Source: Octopus sinensis
Taxonomy: Eukaryota
DNA length: 64,000 bases
NCBI RefSeq assembly: GCF_006345805.1
Contig: NC_042998.1
Location: forward strand, 128,340,001 to 128,404,000
Direction: 5' to 3'
Under the pieces are notes generated by a model. That model ran no database searches. It was given only the letters and a program-made list of their open reading frames with translations, and was not told where the DNA came from. Below, piece after piece: positions 39,035 through 51,838 of this stretch (its first letter is position 1; each line of letters starts with the position of its first letter). Both the position numbers and the translations under genes were made by a program.

Positions 39035-40385
39035 GGCGTCGTGCTTGCAGAATTGTTGGCACGCTGGACGATATGATTAATGGTATTTCGTCTGTCGTTA
39101 CGTTCTGAGTTCAAATTCCGCCGAGGTCGAATGTGCCTTTCATCCTTTTGGAGTCGATAAATTAAGTACCATCGACTGGGGTCGATGTGACTGACTAATC
39201 AACTCCACCCATACTCCGCCAAATTTGAGGCCTTGTGTCTCTAGTAGAAAGGATTATTATTATGGCGCCGAGCTGGAAAAATCGTTAGTGCGCCGGGCGA
39301 AATGCTTAGGGGTATTTCGTCCGACTTCATGTTCTGAGTTCAACTTCCGCCGAGGTCAACTTTACCCTTTCATTCTTACGGGATCGATAAAATTAGTACC
39401 AGTTACGCACAGAGGTCGATGTAATCGACTAGCCCTTCCCCATAAGATTTCAGGCCTTGTGCCTATAGTAGAAAGGATAATAATAATGATAATAATAATG
39501 CATCCAGTTGGAAGAATTGTTAGCGCGCTGGACAAAATGCTTAGCGGTATTTCGCCCGTCGATATGTTCTGAGTTCAAATTCCACCGAGGCCGACTTTAC
39601 TTTTCACCTTTCGGGGTCGATAAAATAAGTACAAGTGACACACTGGGGTAGATGTAATCGCCTTAGCCCCTCCCCCAAAATGGCTGCCCTTGTGGCAAAA
39701 CTTGAAACCATTATTATTATCATTATTATTAAGGCGGTGAGCTGGCAGAAACGTTAGCACGCCAGGCGAAATGCTTAGCGGTATTTCGTCTGCTGTTACG
39801 TTCTAAGTTCAAATTCCGCCGAGGTCGACTTTGCCTTTCATCCTTTCGGGGTCGATTAAATAAGTACCAGTAACGCACTGGGGTCGATATAATCGACTTA
39901 ATCCGTTTGTCTGTCCTTGTTTGTCCTCTCTGTGGGTAGTAAAGAAATGGGTATTTCGCCCGTCGCTACGTTCTGAGTTCAAATTCTGCCGAGGGCGACT
40001 TTGCCTTTCATCCTTCCGGGGTCGATAAATTAAATATCAATGAAACACTGGGGTTGATGTAATTAATTTCAGGCCATGTGCCTATAGTAAAAAATATTAT
40101 TATTATTAAGGTGGGGAGCAGGCAGAATCGTTAGCACACCGAGCAAAATGCTTAACAGTATTTTGTCTGTCGCTATGTTCTGAGTTCTGAGTTGAAATTC
40201 CGCCGAGGTCGACTTTGCCATTCATCCTTTCGGGGTCGATATAATCGACATAATCCGTTTGTCTGTCCTTGTTTGTCCTCTCTGTGTTTAGCCCCTAGTA
40301 CGTAATAAAGAAATAGGTATTTTGTCTGTCGCTACATTCTGAGTTCAAATTCCGCCGAGGGCGACCTGCCTTTCATCCTTTCAGA
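39032..40385 (+). mobile_element. Tandem array of about seven SINE units (2400 family)
   Basis: Head-to-tail copies, most starting (TTA)n-AGGCGG and ending ..AGAAAGG/GAAACC-(ATT)n. Confidence 0.88.
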
Positions 40386-42868
40386 GGGCGATTAGAGCAG
40401 AATCGATAGCGTTTAGAAAAGAGTTAGCAACAGAAAAGAATAGATTAGAGGGTGAACTAATTAGCAAATTAAAAGGGGTGATTAAAAAGGGTTTTGCAAC
40501 CGATGTGTTAGCGGCGAGAATGACCCTTGATCATTTCTTCGAAGCGAAACACGAAGGTTGCGTTGTTAAAGCTAAGGCCCGTACAGTGAAACAGGAAGGA
40601 ACTAAAGCTGTCCGATGGGCTCGAACCGTGGAGCCGTGACGTGGAAACAAAACCACGATCAGGTCTTTGACTTCGAGCAAAGGTGTGCAACTTTTCGGCA
40701 GCACTTCGCGCAGCTGTTTGGAGATGGTGATGGGTCGACGACGGTGCTGGACTTTAGTACGTACCTGGACATCTTGCCGCGGCTCTCGGCAGCTGACGCG
40801 AGGTTTTGTGAAAGGCCGATAACAGCCGCTGAAATTCGGGAGGCGATGAGCGAGCGCACAAGTCGCAGATGGCCCGGTTTGGATGGTATGCCCTACGAAT
40901 CCGATGTATTCATGCCAGATTTGTTTGGCGACCTCTTAGCAGACGGCTACAGCAACTGGTAACAGAATGGGAGAATTTCTAGTGTTGTTAGCAGAGGTGT
41001 GGGGACACTGCTAAGGAAGGACGCCGAAAATGGGGACGTACTAGAGAATTTTCAGCCCGTAACTTAAACACAGAATTTAAGATTTTGGCCGAGGTGTTAG
41101 CGAAAAGATTGGTGCTTGTCGTCGGTAGCCTGGTCGGAGGAGCGCAAACGTGCGCAATCCCGAGCAGGTCTATCTACGACAACCTCCACCTTATGCGATA
41201 CACCATAGAGAGGGATGGGACCACAGCTGGCTTCTGGAGTGCTCTGATCCATTTGGATCAATCAAAAGCATTCGATAGGGTCGATCATCATACTTCGAAG
41301 TCGTCCTGAAAGCAGACGGTTTCGAACCCGTTTTCAGAGGGTGGATTGCTGCAATGCACAGCGGCAACTGTTCAGTGGTCAAAGTAAACGGCCACCTATC
41401 GGAGCCGTTTGGTATCGTACGCTAGGTCCGTCAGGGCTGTCCGCTGTCGCCTCTTCTATACGTATTCGCACTCGAGCCACTGTTGCGAAAGTTGGAACAG
41501 CAAAGGGGCTTCCTTTTCGAACTCGGACAAGCATGGCCAGTGTCAGCATACGCGGACGATGTCACAGTCATGGTGTCGGGCGCCTCCGAAGTAGAGACAG
41601 CAGGCACCATCCTAAAGGAATATGAGTCAGTTACAGAGGCTAAAATCAACACCGACAAATCTGTTGGTTTAAGGTTGGGCTCCTGGAGAGGCAGGACGAT
41701 GCCATCGGATGGCGACGGACGCTGGACCATTGACCAGTTAAAGTGCTCGGGTTTTGGTTTGGTTTGGTCCCGACCTCCCGGTTGATAAGAACTGGGACGA
41801 GGTGGCGAACAAGGTGGCCAGTCTTACCCAGTAATGGTCTGAAAGAAAGCTGACCCTGAAAGGTCGGGCAGAAGTGCCGAATGCTTATATTGCCTCCGTT
41901 ATCATTTATCGCCTGACCGCCGTGCCTTGTCCCGGTTACTGCTTTAGAATGTTGGAGCGTCTCTTATTTAAATTCTTGTGGAAGGACTCTTTCCAATGGT
42001 CAGGCGGTCTCTCTGGTGCCAGCATCCTCTGAGTGGCGGATTAGGTATGCCGTGGCTCCTAATGCGCAGGCACGCACTTAGATTTCGCTACCTGCAACGA
42101 TTTCTGGACGGTAAGCGTCTGTGGGCTCCGTTTGTGAAGCTCATCTTTCAGCATCTCGTCACCTTGACGGAGCTGCAGTCCTGGTGAAGAAAAGACCGAG
42201 AGTGGGCGCCTGGCACATAGAATATCGTCAGGCGTCTACAACCCTCTACCAGCCGGGCAATGGAATCGGTGGATATTCCGCTTTAGAAATTTTTAGAGGA
42301 TTAGTGGCAGGAAAGTGCAACGACGTTCTCGGGGAGACTCTGGGCGCCGACGAGAATGAACTGGCTAGCCTGTTCCGGGGGACTTTCCGGTCAGGAACTA
42401 CCATGGATAATTTCCAGATGTCCTTGGCCTGGCAGTGCTACCAGGGGGCGCTACCGATTCGAGCAAGCACTACAGGCACGGATGCGCGATCAGACTGACT
42501 TGTCCGAGGTGCGCACAGAGTGACGAAACAGTTCTGCACGCCTTCGTTCAGTGTCTGGGCATTGCTGACTTGTAGGATTATGTTGAACAGCTGCTGTCCT
42601 GTCCCGAGTGGGACGGATCCGTCTGTCGGTCGAGTCTGTAGTGATGATTGTATCACCGCCCTCCTTCAATCGGGCAGGCAAGACAGTTTTCCTTTGCCTG
42701 GTAGCTGTGGCGAAAGAGGTTGTTTGGTGGACAAGATTGAAAGGCATGAGGACAAATACATTCTTCTTTGATTGACTTTTGAAGTTTCACTTGAAAAGGA
42801 CATTGAGAGTGGAGAGGGAAGTTCTGTCCACGAGTGAATTTATCGAAAGGTGGGTGAAAGTTGCGAAA
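40386..42868 (+). mobile_element. Degenerate Tx1/L1-clade LINE ORF2 (RT and zinc knuckle)
   Basis: PGLDGMPYE, KILAEVLAKRL, QTCAIPSRSIYDNL, LDQSKAFDRVDH, RQGCPLSPLLY..ALEPL, AYADDVTV, GGLGMP, CPRC..DETVLHAFVQC; multiple stops and frameshifts. Confidence 0.9.
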
Positions 42869-44740
42869 AGGGAATAAAGACAGGGAAAGCCCCCGGGCCA
42901 TCAGGAATCACCAGAGAGATGCTTAAAATATCTGGTGGTGTCGGCTATAATTTAGTCACCTGCATAGTCAATCAAGTGATACATGAAAGAGTGATACCCA
43001 ATGACTGGTGTAGCTGTACCATAGTAAACTGCTACAAAGGTGATGTATTAATACGAATTATTATAGAGGTATCAGGTAATGAAAGTCAAGAAGAGGGTCA
43101 TAGCCCAACTAATTAGGGAGAGAGTCAGTTTAGAGGAGATGCAGTTTGAGTTTATGCCAGGGAAAAACACCACTGATGCCATATTTCTGGTAAGACAACT
43201 GCAGGAGAAATACCTAGCCAAAGATAAACCTCTGTACCTGGCTTTCGTTGACATGGAGAAAGCTTTTGACAGGTTCCCCCGATCCATTATCTGGTGGTCA
43301 ATACGGAAACTAGTGATATATAATGGTTGGTGAGAGCTGTACGAGCCATGTACAGGGATGCTGTCAGTAAGGTGAGGGTTGGCAACGAGTGTAGTGAAGA
43401 ATTCCGGGTAGAAGTAGGGGTCCACCAAAGATCAGTCCTCAGCTCCCTCTTATTCAGGTGTGGAAGCAAGGTCTAGAATCGAAGGGCTTTAGAGTTAATG
43501 TAGCAAAAACCAAAGTCTTAAAGTAGGAAGGCAGACAAGTCACAAATCTCTTCAGGTAGATGGCCCTGCTCGATCTGTAGAAAAAGTGTAGGTAGAAACT
43601 CCATAAGATGTACCCGGTGTAAGCTATGGACACAGAAGAGGTGCAGCAATATCAAAGGAAGGCTAACTGGGAAGATAGTTTTTGTGTGTGGCAAATGTTC
43701 AAAGGCAATAAGCACTGAAAATGTGCAGAAATCAGCTTTCGTCACATGACAGGGAGAAAAACTAGAAATAGTTAATAGCTTCCGTTACCTAGGTGACCAA
43801 ATCAGTAGCGGAGGTGGATGACTGAGAGTGTAGCTGCTAGAATAAGAATAGCCTGGGCAAAGTCCAGAAAGCTCCTACCTCTGCTGGTGACAAAGAGCCC
43901 CTCGTTCAGAGTAAAAGGTAGACTATATGACGCATGTGTGCGAACAGCCATGCTACATGGCAGTGAAACATGGGCCGTAACTGCTGAGGACATGCGTAAG
44001 CTTGCAAGGAATGAAGCTAGTATGCTCCGCTATATGCATAATGTCAGTGTGCACACACGACAGCATGTAAGCACCGAGAGAAAAGTTGGATTTAAGAAGC
44101 ATCATATGTGGTGTGCAAGAGAGACGACTGCGCTGGTATGGTCATGTGTTGTGCATGGATGAGAACAGCTGTGTGAAAAAGTGTCACACCCTAACAGTTG
44201 AGGGAACCTGCAGAAGAGGTAGACCCAGGAAGACCTGGAATGAGGTGGTGAAGCACCACCTTCGAACGTTGGGCCTCACGGAGGCGATGACAAGTGATCG
44301 AGACCTTTGGAGATATGCTGCGCTTGAGAAGACCCGGCAAGCCAAGTGAGACCGTAATCGTGGCCTATGCTAGTGCAACATAACCGGCCCATCTAAGAGT
44401 ACCCTTCAATCATTGGGCAATAAACTGCGCTTGCAAAGACCTGTTGAGTCAAGTGAAGTCACTGTCGTGGCCAATGACAGTACCGCCTGATTGACTCCCG
44501 TGCCGGTCGCACGTAAAAGGCACCATTCGAGCGTGACCATTGCCAGTGCCGCCTGACTGGCTCTCGAGCCGGTGGCACGTAAATAGCAATTACTAAACTC
44601 TCGGAGTGGTTGGCGTTAGGAAGGGCATCCAGCAGTAGAAACTCTGCCAGATCAGATTGGAGCCTGGTGCAGCCACCAGGCTCACTAGTCCTCAGTCAAA
44701 CCGTCTAACCCATGCCAGCATGTTATGATGATGATGATGG
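42869..44740 (+). mobile_element. Degenerate RTE-clade LINE with 3' UTR and (GAT)n tail
   Basis: GKAPGPSGI, QFEFMPGKNTTDAIFLVRQLQEK..LAFVDMEKAFDR, FRYLGD, VRTAMLHGSETW, RRLRWYGHV, RRGRPRKTW. The YADD region is deleted. Confidence 0.9.
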
Positions 44741-45239
44741 ATGGTACCTCGCTAAGTGTAGACCTGTAGAAGGAATTGGAGAGCACCCTTGCTCATAGGG
44801 TTTCAGGGAAATCTCGGACAGTGGTGTTCCTTGATTATCCCTAGGTGTTCCTGTATCAGGAGGGCCACATCTCTATCATCCTCCTGCCACCCCCCCACAC
44901 TTCTTTTTGTACCTTTGTATGCTATGAATGTCTCACTTTATGTCTGTCTCTATATTGGCCCGCTCATCCTTCGCCTCTGTGGCAAATAATTGAAATCATT
45001 AAGATGTCAAGCCAGAAGAATCGTTATTACGCCGAGAAAAAATGCTTAATGGTATTTCGTCCGCCTTCACGTTCTGCGTTCAAATTCCGCCGAGGTCGAC
45101 TTTGCCTTTCATCTTTTCAGGGTCGATAAATTAAGTACTCTGAGGTCGATGTAATTGAATAGTGCCCTCAAACAAAATTTCAGAACTTGTGCCTTTAGTA
45201 GAAAGGCGTCATTATTATTATTATTAGAAAAATCGCAGT

Positions 45240-46860
45240 GTCACGGGTGGCACATAAAAGTACCCATTACACTCTCAGAGTGATTGGCATTAGAAAGGGC
45301 ATCTAGCCGAAGAAACCATGCCAAATATGACTAGAGTATGGTGCAGCCTTCCAGCTTCCCGGCCCTGGTTAAACCGTCTAACCCATGCCATCATGGACAA
45401 AAGACATTAAATGTTGATGAATAATGTTGGTACAGTGTGACTGAATAGTTAAGAAATTTGCTTCAGTGTCGAGGGACCAGAGGTGCGGTCCCAGTACGTG
45501 ATACCATGAGTAAATGTCATTTCCTATAGCTTTACATTAACCCATGCCTTCAGTGAAATTGGATAGCTGGAAACTGCATAGCTGCGGATTGAGCAGATTA
45601 TACCTGTAATTCAAATGGTACATCCTTGTCACACAATGTGCGAGGCTCATTCTGTGCAGTAATTACGTTAAGAATAACATCACGTGTTTATAAAATGGTC
45701 AGCAACTTACATGTTTATTCAGGAACAGAAAAAGTCAGTTGATTGAACAACTGAATTCTCATCAACTAACTGCAGAAATCCAAAACAAACACATAAACAC
45801 CAGTTTCAGTACCACATAGAAATGCACTCAGTACATTATAAAGTAGTTGGCGTTAGGAAGAGCATCCAGCTGGAGAAACCGTGCCAAAACAAACAAGTGA
45901 AGCATGGGTAGCTTTCCAGCTCTTATCAAACTGTCAAACCCACGCCAGCATGTAAAACGACATTAAATGATATTTACATACATGCATGCATCAATGCATC
46001 ATATACAGCATCTCAAGGCAGCAAGACAAGAATAGTTCATCCATTGAGATGCAGTATCACTCTAAACATGTTATAGTAATAGTCTTGTCACTCTTAATCT
46101 GGGTTCAAAACTCGTCTGGTTCGATTTGAGGCATCATTACTTTGCAGTTAATAAAATTACTAGTGATGTAAGAAGGTCAGTTTAATGTATTACATAGTCC
46201 TCCTTTGTGAAAACCAAATTTTATTGTTCGATCTAGTTCTCAGCCATAGAATTGTTTGCAACAAAGAAAAACCCATAACAATGTGAGCTACAATAAGCTA
46301 TGTCATACAACCAGCCAGGTTTTACTTGATCGTGTTGTCATGCTAGTATCCATAGACTGAAATTTCTAGTGACCATCAAAGCCGAATTTTTAAGTGGGCT
46401 TTGAATTTTCGTAGATGCACTAATGATGACACTAACTACAAGCCTATCATTACTTCAAAATTTATACCAACAGTAGCAATACAAGAGATGTATAATGTAG
46501 CAAACTCATGGCCAATCTGGAACTAACACTGTTATAAACAACCTTCTTCAGAATGGACTGAAACTGTACGATACAGTTGTGACACTGAGATCTCACACAA
46601 AGGTCTTAGGCAACAACTAGTACAATTCTCAATAATGTCTTAATAAAGAAACACTGATTTCCCTTCATCATCATCTAGCGTCTCCTTTTTCCATGCTGGC
46701 ACAGGTTGGATGGTTTGACTGAAAACCAATAAGCTGGGGAGCTGCACCAGGTTCCAATCTGATTTGGCATGGTTTCACTGGCTGGACGCCCCTCCTAATG
46801 CCAATCACTCCAAGAGTGTAGTGGGTGCTTTTTATATGCCACAGGCACAGGTGCCAGTTG
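45240..46860. mobile_element. Short repeats sharing the RTE 3' tail (about 45240-45420 +, 45810-45970 +, 46670-46860 -)
   Basis: GTGGTTGGCGTTAGGAAGGGCATCCAGC..AGAAAC...AACCCATGCCAGCATG is shared with 44600-44722 and also occurs at about 63500-63630. Confidence 0.75.
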
Positions 46861-48876
46861 CACAACACCAGCATCAGCCATGGCAGCAAGTTAGTAAAAT
46901 CATAAGAGCATCGGGGGAAAAAATGCTGAAGTATTCTGGCTCTTTACATTCTGAGTTCAATTTCTGCTCGAATCAAGTGTCTTTCACCCTTTAAAAGTCG
47001 ACAAAATGAAGTAGAGTCAAATACAGGTATCAATTAATTTCCTCTTCTCAAAATTGCTGGCCTTCAGCCTATTATACAAAACAAGTAGCAGTAGTGGTAG
47101 AATCTTTAGGGTAAGAAGCAAAATACCCTGCAGTTGAAAATTAGTTCTAGGCAACGAAACACCAGAGATTTTTCTTAATTTGTGAACTCATACATGAGGA
47201 CTGTCACAGACCACTCCCATCAACTCCATCATTCTGACAGCAGAAGGGGAAAAAAATTAAACATTGCATTTTAGATGTACAACACTAACCATCATGACTA
47301 AAAGCTCTTTTACAGCAATGACAGTTATTTGCCTCTAGATTATAGGGCTTAAGCCTAACTTTATCAAGTGTCATTTAGCTAACAATATGATGCATTTTCT
47401 GGGAAAAAAATATCTAACAGAATCCATAAATGATTTTAAATGTGTAAGAAAGTTGATGGATTGTTCAGAGACAACAATCATGAACGAATGTGGTTTACTT
47501 GAACAACAACAATACAGTAATGGCAACTCTAAAATCTGTTATCAATGTGTTGTATCCATACAGTCCAATAATAATACATACTGCAAGATATTATTTTAGA
47601 TATAAAATAATTGCTTGAAATACAATTGTAATGGGCCATAAATAAGGTTTATCAAACTATTATGTTGTCACAAGGCAAATAACTCTGCTTGGCTGACTAA
47701 TTTAGCAGTTATTCATTACGATACAGGATAATGATACAATCTACTGTATGTATCGCATAATTGTTACTAATATGATCTTATCGATTTGAGATGGCAATTA
47801 ACACAAAAACAAATATAAGTTAAACAGAAGAAACTACCTAATATATTGTATGGTCTAATGAAGTTCAGTTGTTCCTTGTCAAAGTATTATCATAATACAT
47901 GGGTATCAAAGCTTGTAATGTTCTACGCCTATATTAAAGACATGGCAATGATATATTTAGTCTGAGATGAGTTTCAGTAAATTCACCTCAAGCTTAGCAT
48001 AGGCTACTTCCTGAGCTGCTTTCATTAGCATGTATTAAATTTATACACACAAACTATAAGTTCTAGAATGCAAAAAAAACATAACGTTAAAAAGGAAAAA
48101 AGAAAACACAACAAATATTTAGATAAAAGACTGATACAGGTTTCTTTTGTTGATTTAATAATTTCATTGTTAACAGAGTTAAAGTCACAAGAGCTAGATA
48201 GAGTGAAGTAGGAAAAGAGAACTAAACAAGAGACAAGCTTGAGAAGAAACTAAAGTAGAGACAAGGTGGGATGGAAAAAAAGAGATGAGGGGAGTATGAA
48301 AATGAGAGGAACACTCAAGAGACTTCTAAGTTAGAAATAAGAGATATATATAGGGGGTAGGAGAAAAGATGCAGAAGAGATACATAAAAAGAGAGATAAA
48401 GATAATAAAACACAAATGTTTTTTTTTATATAATAGTTTTTGTTTTCTCAAATCATAAGTTGAAACTAAAAGGTGTTAATATGAAGTGATGAGCAGAGTT
48501 GGGCTCTCATCATCAAAAAGATCAGAATAAGGAACTGCAGCGTGAAGAATATACGAGAGACAAAGTTTGTTTCTAGACATGCACCTGATCAAATAGGAAC
48601 ATTTATTTTGTGGTGAGAAGAAAAAAATCTAAAGTATTATTTGTGGTTGTGATGGTGGTAGATCAAGGGACGCAATGTCTACTTGTTCATAGTTATGTAC
48701 GCTATTATTGAGTAATAACATTGCAGAGGAAAGACAAGACCACAGTCCTTATACCTGACAGCAATTTCTTCATACTTCCCTTTCTGACACAGAATCATCA
48801 TCATCATCATTAATATCATTATCTGCTAAAGTTTGTTGTTTGCAGTATGGACTGCCCTATCTTTTTGCTTTTGACA

Positions 48877-49026
<150 letters not shown>

Positions 49027-51643
49027 TTATATAGGAAACATCAAAATTTTTCAAAAATAATACATGAATTTTTAATGTACAAAAGGGACAATTTAGATTT
49101 TTTTTTAACCACATAGACTTATTTACCTGTAATCATTTTCACAAAGCAATGGTGTGGTGAAAGTTCAACTGTGAACCAATCGTGTTTAATCTAAAGGTTT
49201 CAATTAATAAGTGCAGGGCACCCTAGCAAGTGTTTTCTACTATAGCATCAGGACAACAAATACTTTCAACATGCATTTTGGTACATGGAAATGCATGTGT
49301 GTGTCCCTGCATGCACGCACACATCTTTTTGAGTTGGTGCTTTGGCCCACTACCACTCCACTGCTTAGCAATTGGAATCAATTTGTTTGCACTTCCATAA
49401 CTGAATAGCTCAGTTAAAAGCAAAGATTACTAGAATAAGTAGCAGACTTAATCAAGTCAGTTGTGTGCATGTGTGAACTGTCTTTGCCTATCTACATTCT
49501 ACACAAAAACAAATCTAATAGCCACAAAACTTTATTATTGTCATCTGACATTGAAATTTTGTATAACATTTAATTTTATTTATATATATAAACTGTGAAT
49601 TCTATTCCTTATAATGTTCCATAACCTGTTGAAAATCCTGAACATTTCTTCCAATTATCTCCCTTCCACCAAACCATGTCTCAACGGCATAAAATAGCAT
49701 AAAAAAACCACAAATCATACCCAAACATCTAACGTACGACACCTCTGTAAGGCAGCTAGCTTAATCTAACAGAAACAGTAGACCTATCTTCCTCAAATTA
49801 CACCCTACTCTCTTACAAATGCACAAACAGGCCTCCATATAGTAGTTAAACTGAAGAGAATTAATAACCAAACCTTCTAACTACACTATATTGTCTTTTG
49901 CATGCAGATATATGAGCCCCAAACCTCCATTTTAGTTAGACCTGATAGAAAGAAGAACCAAATTTCCTTCATATCACACCTGTCTTATGTATGTATATAA
50001 GCTAACAAAGAAGACTGATATAATCACACATTTGCAGCTTATATATGTATGTATCTATTAACTAAAGAAAGAAGTTAAATTTTATAGAAATAGCAACCAA
50101 AGGTTTCTCGAAGAACACTGTCTAATGAACATATGTCTGAGACATATGTGACAGCTTGATCTGTAAGAAATAGCAACCAAAACATTATATGCATACACTT
50201 ATGCCTTAAACTGTTTTATACAACCTTGATACGATACTCACAGAGTAGCAGGTACATCTGCTAGTATGATATAAAGCTAAATCTCTAGCTAAATGTATCA
50301 TTACCAAGTGGCATCATTTATTTCCAACAGTTAACTGATAAAAGCAAAAATCAAGTATTATGTACTGAAACTCAGTGTAATATCTGTGTTGGATTCAAGT
50401 GTAATAGTTTGGTGGCAATTCATATTTTATATATTCAGCCTTTTAAGGCAAATCACAATAAAATTTTTAATGACAGATTTTGTGAACAAAATTTTATTTT
50501 AAAAAACAAAAAGCTATTCCAATAATTAAAAATATATCACAATACGTTCATAGAACAACACATAACTGGTAACTATTGACAAGGGAGAACTATGCTTAAG
50601 GCATGAACCTTGTTCGAGAAACTAAAGAGGCTTCATTCATTCCAGCTAAACTCATAGTAGCTTTGAAGGAATCAAAACCTCCACCTCACTTCAAATACAT
50701 GTATAGACTATTCTATTGCCTCTGTGAAACTTGAGTACACTTCTTATTTGAATTTCTCTCTAAGTCCTGTTCCAAAGATGTCCATTTACTCCCAATATCA
50801 AATCTTAACTGCATGAAAATACAGTTCAAAATAATGTTTGGAGTCAAAAAAATAGAATTAAGAATACTTCTGTGTAAGAAACAAAGTTTAGATAGAACAC
50901 TGTTAGAAAAACTTCCTATTTATTCTGTGCACTATTTTTTGCATTTTATGAAACAAATTTCTCTAGATTATTTCTTCCGTTGATTTTAAAGCATAATGGC
51001 AGTTAATACTTTGTGAGTTAGAATTTGATGATATCTATTTACTAATGATTTAATTAGGGAAAGAGAATTTGAACTTGGATTAAATAATCAGAGTGATATT
51101 TCAGAGTTATGTGTAAACACAAGCAATGTAATTGGTGTTAAGTGTTACTGATTCTGAGCAGGAATTACAGAGTTGACACTGCATCAATGCTTCCATTAGG
51201 GAATGGTAAGAATTTTTCCAAAATTTACTGATATATTTTAAATGTAGTGCTTCTTCATACTGGTGGGTTCATGAAGAGAGTGTAATAACTAGTAACAGAG
51301 AAAAATAGCACTAATTTTAGGGGCCTCAGTGTTCTTTTCCAAGACTAACTGAAGCACAATTCAACTCTGTAGCACAAAATCATTACCAAGCAATCAATGG
51401 CTTGTTATTATATATGAAAATACCCATATGCAATCAACTTAACTGTATTTCACCTGTCTTGACAGGTGAAAATGACATAAGAACAAGTAAAACCATATTC
51501 ATAATGTATAATAATGATTAGCAACTTTTATACAAATTCATGCCAAGTTGTTATATTTTTATACTGAATTGCATTTCATCAAAATTTCTAGTTTCTCACA
51601 TGATTAGGATTATACAAAGAAAGCACTATAGGAGATATGCTTA

Positions 51644-51838
<195 letters not shown>

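Noticed and set aside
39032-40385. Regularly recurring repeats resembling a CRISPR array
   Set aside because: The units are 150-250-bp SINEs with Pol III boxes in eukaryotic DNA; there are no unique spacers and no cas genes.
40386-44349. One long chimeric LINE with two RT domains
   Set aside because: Better explained as a 5'-truncated RTE adjoining or inserted at the 3' end of a Tx1 copy; both are independently decayed.
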